Assembly (NCBI GenBank): GCA_050633305.1
Contig: JBOEGF010000007.1
Location: 64,001 to 128,000 of the forward strand
DNA from: Nannocystales bacterium
GTDB taxonomy: Bacteria; Myxococcota_A; Polyangia; Nannocystales; Nannocystaceae
DNA length: 64,000 bases
Direction of reading: 5' to 3'
Shown here in pieces: positions 57,900 through 64,000 of the stretch (its first letter is position 1; every line of letters starts with the position of its first letter). The notes beneath the pieces are model-generated. The model made no database searches, was not told the DNA's origin, and saw only the letters and a list, made by a program, of their open reading frames with translations. The translations under genes and the position numbers were made by a program.

Positions 57900-58328
57900 T
57901 TACGAGGCGGGAGCTCCGAGGACGGAGACGGTCACGACACGCTGGTGTGGCTCGGCGCGATGTTCCCACAGGTACAGGCCCTGCCATGTGCCCAACGCGG
58001 CTCTGCCATTCGCGACCGGGATGTTCAGCGAGCTCTGCGTGAGCACGGTTCGCACATGGGCGGGCATGTCGTCCGGGCCTTCGGCGGTGTGGCGAAACAG
58101 CGGATCACCGTCGGGGACGAGGCGTGACGCGAAGGCCTCGAGGTCGCGACGAACCTGGGGATCGGCGTTCTCACAGAGGATCACCGAGGCGCTGGTGTGG
58201 TGCACGAAGACGTTGCACAGCCCCGTGTCGGCGTTTGCGCGCCCCACGATCGCTTGAACGTCTGCGGTGATGTCTTGGGTGCTCCGACCCGACGTTCGCA
58301 GCTCGAGCCGCTCGGCGTGGTGATGCAT
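57900..58328 (-). CDS. yjbQ: YjbQ/UPF0047 family protein
   Basis: HTSAS, ENADP, HTAEGPDDMPAH and LGTWQGLY motifs. Confidence 0.95.
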   Translation of the reverse strand: MHHHAERLELRTSGRSTQDITADVQAIVGRANADTGLCNVFVHHTSASVILCENADPQVRRDLEAFASRLVPDGDPLFRHTAEGPDDMPAHVRTVLTQSSLNIPVANGRAALGTWQGLYLWEHRAEPHQRVVTVSVLGAPAS

Positions 58329-58335
58329 GCTCGGC

Positions 58336-58602
58336 CTACTTCTGGAACTTGGTCTTCCACTCGGCGTAGGGCATGCCGTAGAGCCACTCGCGTGTGTCTT
58401 CGAGTTCGACCTGTGCACCGCGCTCCACGGCGGCGGCGGTGTACCACTTGCTGAGGCAGTTTCGGCAGAACCCCGCCAGGTTCATCACGTCGATGTTCTG
58501 CACGTCGGTCCGCGACTGCAGGTGTTCGACGAGCTGCCGGAACGCGGCGGCTTCGACCTGGGTGCGAAGCGCCTCGTCTTCGATCGGAGTCTTGCTCGAC
58601 AT
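58336..58602 (-). CDS. DUF1244 family protein
   Basis: EAAAFRQLVEHL, DVQNIDVMNLAGFCRNCLSKWY and YGMPYAEWK motifs. Confidence 0.92.
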   Translation of the reverse strand: MSSKTPIEDEALRTQVEAAAFRQLVEHLQSRTDVQNIDVMNLAGFCRNCLSKWYTAAAVERGAQVELEDTREWLYGMPYAEWKTKFQK

Positions 58603-58662
58603 CGGTCCCAGCGTATCGCACAAGCCCGCCCTCGATGCGAGGCCGCCGGGCGCGGGGCAGTC

Positions 58663-59250
58663 CTAGAAGAAGACGCCGCGGACCAGGGTTAGGGGTTCGC
58701 GCTTGAGCGTGCGCCAGGTGAAGTCGACGAGCACGCGGTCGAAGTTCTCCCGTGGGAACTCCTCGAACTTCGCGTTGACCGCCGCCTTGGACAAGCCGAA
58801 CCGAAGCAATCCCCGGGCGTGCTCAATCTTCACCGCTTGCCGGAAGCAGTCCGCCGCCTGACCGAGACCGGGCACCGCCAGCAAGCGGTGGTTGTAGACG
58901 AGGCACTCGCGCAGCGTAGTGGGGTCGACTTCTCCGAGGTCGATGCCTTGGGTCTCGCGCTCGAACAGGGCGAGCGAGCGTTGCAGGTAGTTGTGTCCCT
59001 GGTCTTGCTCGCTGACGATTCCCAGGTCGTGCCACATTGCGACCGTGTAGGCCACGTCCGCGGGCATCTCGACGCCGCGCTGCGCCATCAGCATCGAGGC
59101 GAAGTGGAACAGACGTTTGCAGTGGTTTCGGAAACCGTCGCCCTCATAGGGGCTCACGGCGTCGAACACCGCGTCCGCGTGCGCGCGAAGATCCAACGCC
59201 GGCGCTGGATCTACGTGCGGCGTTTCCACAACTGCGGCGGTCGCACTCAT
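58663..59250 (-). CDS. HD-domain protein
   Basis: FRNHCKRL...MWHDLG pattern; ATG 59250 inside ORF 58663-59718. Confidence 0.75.
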   Translation of the reverse strand: MSATAAVVETPHVDPAPALDLRAHADAVFDAVSPYEGDGFRNHCKRLFHFASMLMAQRGVEMPADVAYTVAMWHDLGIVSEQDQGHNYLQRSLALFERETQGIDLGEVDPTTLRECLVYNHRLLAVPGLGQAADCFRQAVKIEHARGLLRFGLSKAAVNAKFEEFPRENFDRVLVDFTWRTLKREPLTLVRGVFF

Positions 59251-59350
59251 CGGTACGGTGTACCGCTGCCCGATCGTGGACGCAAACCCGGGGGCCGGCG
59301 CCTTTTGCCGGCGCCAGGTCACGTTGTGCCTCTCCTTGCGCCCCTGTGCT

Positions 59351-60256
59351 CTAGAAGCGGCCGCTGATGGCGACGCCGGTCCCGTGACGGTCGAACGTCG
59401 GGACCACCGAGTACTTGTCGTTCTTGCGCTTCTCTTTACGCTTCTTCGAGGTGAGCACCAGCACGGCGACACCCACTCCTGCGAGGACGAGTCCGGTCGG
59501 GACACCCACGAACGCGAGCATGTTCGCGCGTTCGCCCTTCTTCGCGACTTGGTCGTATTCCGCGCCGTAGACGGTCGAGTGCTCGGCGGTCTGTTGGTGG
59601 CGAACGCCCAGCGCGATGCCGGCCGCTCCGATGCCGATTGCGACCGCACCCGCACCGATGAGGATGCCGCCGGTGATCTTCGCTGCGCGCCCGTCCGTTG
59701 ATTTCGAGGGCGGTGCATCTTCCTCCTCCGGCTCGGCGGCGGCAGCAGCCTCCTCGGCTTCGATCTCTTCGACCAGCGCCTCGGAGGCCTTGATCAGGTC
59801 CTGGGCCCGAACGATCAGAGCCGGGATCTCCGTGGCCTCGACCAGCCGGAAGTTCTTGTCGGCAGACTTGTCGAGGTGGAAGTAGAGGATGTCGAGCGAG
59901 ATGCGCGCACGCTCGATCGACGCTTCGGCGAGCTCTTTGTTTCGCGACTCCTCGCATCCGGTCAGGTACGCCTCACCGGCCTCGAGGTAGAGGATCGGGT
60001 CGCCAAGCTCGGCGGCCGCATTGTCGAACTCGATGCCTGCAGCGATCGAATCGCCCGAATCCACCAGGGCGTTTCCGCGGACCTCGGCCTCCGCGCGTTT
60101 CGCCGCGGCGTCCGCTGGTTTCACTTTGGGTCGCTTGACCCGGTACAGACCCACAGCCGGAGTTCCCGCAAGCGCCGGGACCGACGTCGCAACCAGGGCA
60201 ATGGCGATCGCAGTCGACGAAAGCATGTCGCGCAGGGGTCGGCCTCGAAAGGGCAT
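59351..60256 (-). CDS. Exported helical (TPR-like) protein with Gly-rich hydrophobic segments and C-terminal Phe
   Basis: Signal peptide, helical middle, GGILIGAGAVAIGIG segment, ends GVAISGRF. Confidence 0.7.
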   Translation of the reverse strand: MPFRGRPLRDMLSSTAIAIALVATSVPALAGTPAVGLYRVKRPKVKPADAAAKRAEAEVRGNALVDSGDSIAAGIEFDNAAAELGDPILYLEAGEAYLTGCEESRNKELAEASIERARISLDILYFHLDKSADKNFRLVEATEIPALIVRAQDLIKASEALVEEIEAEEAAAAAEPEEEDAPPSKSTDGRAAKITGGILIGAGAVAIGIGAAGIALGVRHQQTAEHSTVYGAEYDQVAKKGERANMLAFVGVPTGLVLAGVGVAVLVLTSKKRKEKRKNDKYSVVPTFDRHGTGVAISGRF

Positions 60257-60412
60257 GGCGAGCGTCAGCTTACCGTAGGTGCCTGTGCACCGCCCGATGT
60301 TGTCCGTCCCCCGGCTCTGCCGCCCGCTTTGCGGATCCTGTAGCGGGGATTGCTGCTCCTCCTCAACACGAGGAGCGTGCGCCACCGATGGACCCTGATA
60401 GGATGTATATCG

Positions 60413-61444
60413 ATGGAGCGGGTGTTGGCAGCCTTGGTGGAAGTGTCCGAGCGCCTCGGCGTCCCCGGGCCGCTCGACCAAGCCCTGCAGGTTGTCACCG
60501 ATCTCTCCCTCGATCTGTTCGGCGCGACGCATGCCTCGATCCGGGTGGTCGACGCCGAAGCCCTGTTGCGCTCGGTCGCTCGTAGTGGCGCGGGGAGCAA
60601 TGACCCTGCGCAGATTTTCAAGAAGGGCGAGGGCTTGATCGGTTGGGCTGTCCAGCACGCGCAGCCCGTCCGGGTACCCGATAGCTCGGTCGACGCACGC
60701 TTCGCATTTCGCCCCGATCGTAGCTTCGAGGCGTGCTCGGTGATGTCGGTGCCGTTGGTCGCGGGGGAGCGCGTACTCGGTGCGTTCTCCGTGTCCTCGC
60801 CCGAGCGGGATGCCTTCTCCGCCGCGCATGAGCAGGCGGGGGTCGTTCTTGCGCACGTCGTCGGCCAAGCCCTCCGCTGTGCCGAACTGGAACGGTTGGC
60901 CACGACCGATGCTCTGACGCGCGCCTACAACCACCGTTACCTCGTCCCCGCGCTCTCCAACGAGATGAACCGGGCGCGCCGGACCGAAGGCTCAATGTCG
61001 GTGCTGTTGATGGACCTCGATGAGTTCAAGGCGGTCAACGACGAACACGGACACGCGGTTGGCGACCAGGTGTTGTGCCGTTTCGTCGATGCCGTCCGAG
61101 GCTGTGTTCGCTCCATGGACCTCATCGTCCGCCGAGGCGGTGAGGAGTTTGAGTTGATCATGCCCGACACGGGCGCGGTCGAGGGGTATCGCGTCGCCGA
61201 GCGCATCCGCGAACATCTCGCCTCGCACCCACTCGTCGTACGGGACAACCTGGTCGTGCGGCAGACGGTCTCCGTCGGGTTGGCCACGTGGGATGGCCAA
61301 GAAACACCTGCCGCGTTGGACCAACGGGCGGACAAGGCGATGTACGAGGCGAAGCGGCGCGGTCGCAATCGAACCGTGATCGCGCCGACGCCTCGTGCCA
61401 AGAACAACGCGATGATCGAGCTCTCCGAGACGCCCCCGGGCTAG
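60413..61444 (+). CDS. GAF-GGDEF diguanylate cyclase
   Basis: GAF (GEGLIGWA, SVMSVPL) plus TDALT, DLDEFKAVND, RSMD I-site and GGEEF. Confidence 0.95.
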   Translation: MERVLAALVEVSERLGVPGPLDQALQVVTDLSLDLFGATHASIRVVDAEALLRSVARSGAGSNDPAQIFKKGEGLIGWAVQHAQPVRVPDSSVDARFAFRPDRSFEACSVMSVPLVAGERVLGAFSVSSPERDAFSAAHEQAGVVLAHVVGQALRCAELERLATTDALTRAYNHRYLVPALSNEMNRARRTEGSMSVLLMDLDEFKAVNDEHGHAVGDQVLCRFVDAVRGCVRSMDLIVRRGGEEFELIMPDTGAVEGYRVAERIREHLASHPLVVRDNLVVRQTVSVGLATWDGQETPAALDQRADKAMYEAKRRGRNRTVIAPTPRAKNNAMIELSETPPG

Positions 61445-62136
61445 AGCTTGCGAACGCCGACGTCGTCGAGGAGGTAGTCGACAACGGCTCGCTGCATCTC
61501 GACGCGGCGGGCCTCATCGAACTCCATCCACGTCTCGATGCACAGACCGACACATCCGCAAGCCTCGACGATGATCTCCGTGGACGACGTCGCGACTGGG
61601 AAGTACTGCGGGTCGAAGTGCTCTTGCTCGCCCGTGAAGCGAGTGTTGAGTCGCGCCAGCACGCGATCGATGATCGGTGGCCGTGGTTCGACGCCATAGA
61701 CGATGGTCTGGCCGAAGGACGGGTTCACCTCGGGGTCGTAGCGCTTCCAACTCTCGTGCAACGTGGTCACGAGGGCGGGTTTTTCGTCCAGCATCAGGTC
61801 GAGGAAACGCCGAGCGAGTCGGTACTCGGGCTCGGGGGCATCCGCGTTCCCTGGAAAACACCGGTTGAGGTCGAGGCCGCCCTCGGGCATGCGCTTGCGG
61901 GCCCGATACGCCGGTGGGTTCATCACCGGGACGACGATCAGCCGACCGTGGGTGGGACGAATCTCCTCCTCGAGCATCTCTTGGAGCGCGTGGACACCCG
62001 CGACTTCGTTTCCGTGGATGCCTGCCTGGATCACCGCGGTGGGTCCCGGCGCATCCGCATCGAAGACGTGGACGGGGAGGGTGGGCGTGAACCAGTGGAC
62101 TCCGGGGGTCAGTGGCACCGCCGGACTACAGCACAT
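61441..62136 (-). CDS. Succinylglutamate desuccinylase/aspartoacylase (M14-like) family protein
   Basis: GIHGNE, DLNRCFPG, TLHES and CIET motifs. Confidence 0.88.
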   Translation of the reverse strand: MCCSPAVPLTPGVHWFTPTLPVHVFDADAPGPTAVIQAGIHGNEVAGVHALQEMLEEEIRPTHGRLIVVPVMNPPAYRARKRMPEGGLDLNRCFPGNADAPEPEYRLARRFLDLMLDEKPALVTTLHESWKRYDPEVNPSFGQTIVYGVEPRPPIIDRVLARLNTRFTGEQEHFDPQYFPVATSSTEIIVEACGCVGLCIETWMEFDEARRVEMQRAVVDYLLDDVGVRKL

Positions 62137-62181
62137 TCGTGGGGCCTGTGCGAGGCGACCTCGCGCCCCGGCGGCGCTCGG

Positions 62182-63459
62182 TCACGAAGGGTCGCTGGAT
62201 CTGCGCGTCTTCTTGGAGAAGTACAGACCACTGAGGAGGAATGCCCCGGTGCATGCGACCGCCGTGGCGTAGGAGAACCCGCGGAAGAAGTCGAGCCAGC
62301 TCAACTGGGCGCCGCCAAAGTTTTTAAACAGCAACAGCCCCACCGAGCCTGCGTACCCGAACGCGTCGGTCACGTAGATCATGAACACCGCCGTTCCGAC
62401 CGCGCCTGTGGCAGCGATGAGGCGGTCGAACAGGACGCAGCCGTACGGGACGTAGGCGAGGTACAAACCCACGCCGAGCGCGACCATCCAAACCGCGCCC
62501 GAGATGAGGCCGAGATCGAAGAGCAGCGTGGCGCCGCCGATGAGCACCGTGCCCGCGGCCATCAGCCCATGGATTGCGAGTAGGGCGGTGCGGTTGCCTC
62601 TGATCTTGTAGATGGATGCGAGCGCGGCCATCACCAGCAGCGCCACGGGAAGCTCGGAGGCGGTGAACACCGCGGGCTTGTCTCCCCAGCCCAGTGCGGA
62701 CCAGATCTCCGCGGCGAAGTTGTCGCGAAAGTCCCGGTACGCGGTGAGGAACATGTACAGGCCCGTGAGCGTGACGAGCCCGAACGTGAATCGCCCGACG
62801 AACGCCCGTCGCTCCGGTCCTCGCATCGGTCGCCGGATCGTGCGGGCCGCTTCATCATCTGCAGAGGGCGGCGGAAGCTGGCGCAGAAGCCAGACCGAGA
62901 GAACGAACTGCGGCGCAAAGCACAGGCCGGTCACGAACGGCATCCACGACTCCGAGACGCCCGCGTGGAGCCAGGCCCCACCGACCGTTTTCACCACGCC
63001 AGAGGCGACGATGTACGAGGTCGACAGACCCGCACCCAACAGCTCCGAGGTTCGGCGCCCCTCGAGGAATCCGTAGACCAGTCCCCACACCGCGCCCAGG
63101 GGCAGGCCGTTGATGAAGATCGCGACCACCTTGCCGCCCGGTGGCAGGACCGCGAACAGAAGCAGAGCGGCTTCGGCCGCCGCGATGAGTGCGAGCAGCG
63201 TGACCGCTCGCTTCGACGCAGAGATCTCCGAGACGAACTTGATGCTGACGAACTTCGACAGCGCGTACCCGACCACCTGAGCGATCACGAGCGCGATCTT
63301 GAGCGCGATGACCCCGCCGAGCATCCCTTCGAAGCCGGCGGCTGCGAACGGCTTGCGGAACGCGTACATGCAAAAGTACGCGGTGAAGGCCGCCCCGATC
63401 GCGTACGCGGAGAACGTCGTCGCCGATGCCGTCTCCAGTTTGCGCCGCAGGCCGGACAT
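62182..63459 (-). CDS. DUF5690 family MFS-like membrane protein
   Basis: AFTAYFCMYAFRKPF, NGLPLG, FLEGRR, RDFRDNFAAE and DAFGY motifs. Confidence 0.85.
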   Translation of the reverse strand: MSGLRRKLETASATTFSAYAIGAAFTAYFCMYAFRKPFAAAGFEGMLGGVIALKIALVIAQVVGYALSKFVSIKFVSEISASKRAVTLLALIAAAEAALLLFAVLPPGGKVVAIFINGLPLGAVWGLVYGFLEGRRTSELLGAGLSTSYIVASGVVKTVGGAWLHAGVSESWMPFVTGLCFAPQFVLSVWLLRQLPPPSADDEAARTIRRPMRGPERRAFVGRFTFGLVTLTGLYMFLTAYRDFRDNFAAEIWSALGWGDKPAVFTASELPVALLVMAALASIYKIRGNRTALLAIHGLMAAGTVLIGGATLLFDLGLISGAVWMVALGVGLYLAYVPYGCVLFDRLIAATGAVGTAVFMIYVTDAFGYAGSVGLLLFKNFGGAQLSWLDFFRGFSYATAVACTGAFLLSGLYFSKKTRRSSDPS

Positions 63460-63571
63460 CTCAGGGAGGTTCGCGGGCTGGTCCGCCGACTGCAAGCACA
63501 AGCGGCTCTGCGTCTCCTCGTTGACGCGCGGTGTCCACGCGGTGTAGGTCTTGGCGCGAGGCACACGTACG

Positions 63572-64000
63572 ATGAAGAAGACTCTGATCCTCGTTGCAGT
63601 TTCGATGGCTCTTTCCGCTTGCTCTGGTCGCAAGGCGGTCTGGGATGGCGGCTCGACCGAACCGCCCGCTGCTGGCGACACCGCCGCAGCTGCTGCGGCT
63701 GGCGACACCGTCTCCGCCGGGGATGCGAAGTGGGCCGAGCGTACTGACGCCGCCAACATCCGGGCCGCGATCGCCGAGTGGGAGAAGGTCGCCGCGGCCA
63801 CCCCCGGCGATGCCGAGGTCCTCGTCAAGCTGACCCGCGCCCACTACTTCCTTGCCGACGGCTACCTCCGGGCCGAGGACGACGAAAAGGAGTACCTGAA
63901 GATGATGGACAAGGGTGTGAAGTGGGGCGAGAAGGCCATGGTCGCCGCCTCGCCCGAGTTCGCCGCCGCCATGAAGGACGGCAAGAAGTTCCCCGAAGCC
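63572..64000 (+). CDS. 5' part of a TPR-like lipoprotein (TRAP-T TatT-like), runs off the right edge
   Basis: Hand translation from ATG 63572: MKKTLILVAVSMALSA-C SGRKAVW...LVKLTRAHYFLADG...; open to the window end. Confidence 0.7.
   Translation, partial: MKKTLILVAVSMALSACSGRKAVWDGGSTEPPAAGDTAAAAAAGDTVSAGDAKWAERTDAANIRAAIAEWEKVAAATPGDAEVLVKLTRAHYFLADGYLRAEDDEKEYLKMMDKGVKWGEKAMVAASPEFAAAMKDGKKFPEA

Overview
High-GC bacterial chromosome segment, most likely Myxococcota (Nannocystis/Plesiocystis-like). This is inferred from a MYXO-CTERM-type tail, several Ser/Thr kinases, an ECF sigma-kinase pair and many Cys-rich lipoproteins. It opens with rpsB-tsf-pyrH-frr and carries housekeeping genes (hemB, ptrB, pip, miaE, pyc, cobB, argG, ttcA, yjbQ). 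I saw no rRNA, tRNA, CRISPR array or transposase. The most interesting parts are: (1) a tightly coupled five-gene operon (MauG-type diheme peroxidase, TPR protein, lipoprotein, cytochrome P460, atypical Ser/Thr kinase) facing a Cys-rich CxxCH/CxxxCH lipoprotein across a ~1.5 kb structured gap; (2) an MNIO (DUF692/DUF2063) RiPP cluster whose E[GA]SCG-repeat precursor has a lipoprotein signal, an internal terminator and a candidate ECF promoter; (3) a nitroreductase / type III PKS / ICMT operon converging on an MMPL transporter; (4) a PP2C-fold protein lacking its metal ligands, a one-Cys DksA paralogue, an orphan DNA methyltransferase and a frameshifted gene remnant. All calls come from reading motifs by eye; no database searches were run, and many start codons were picked by hand.
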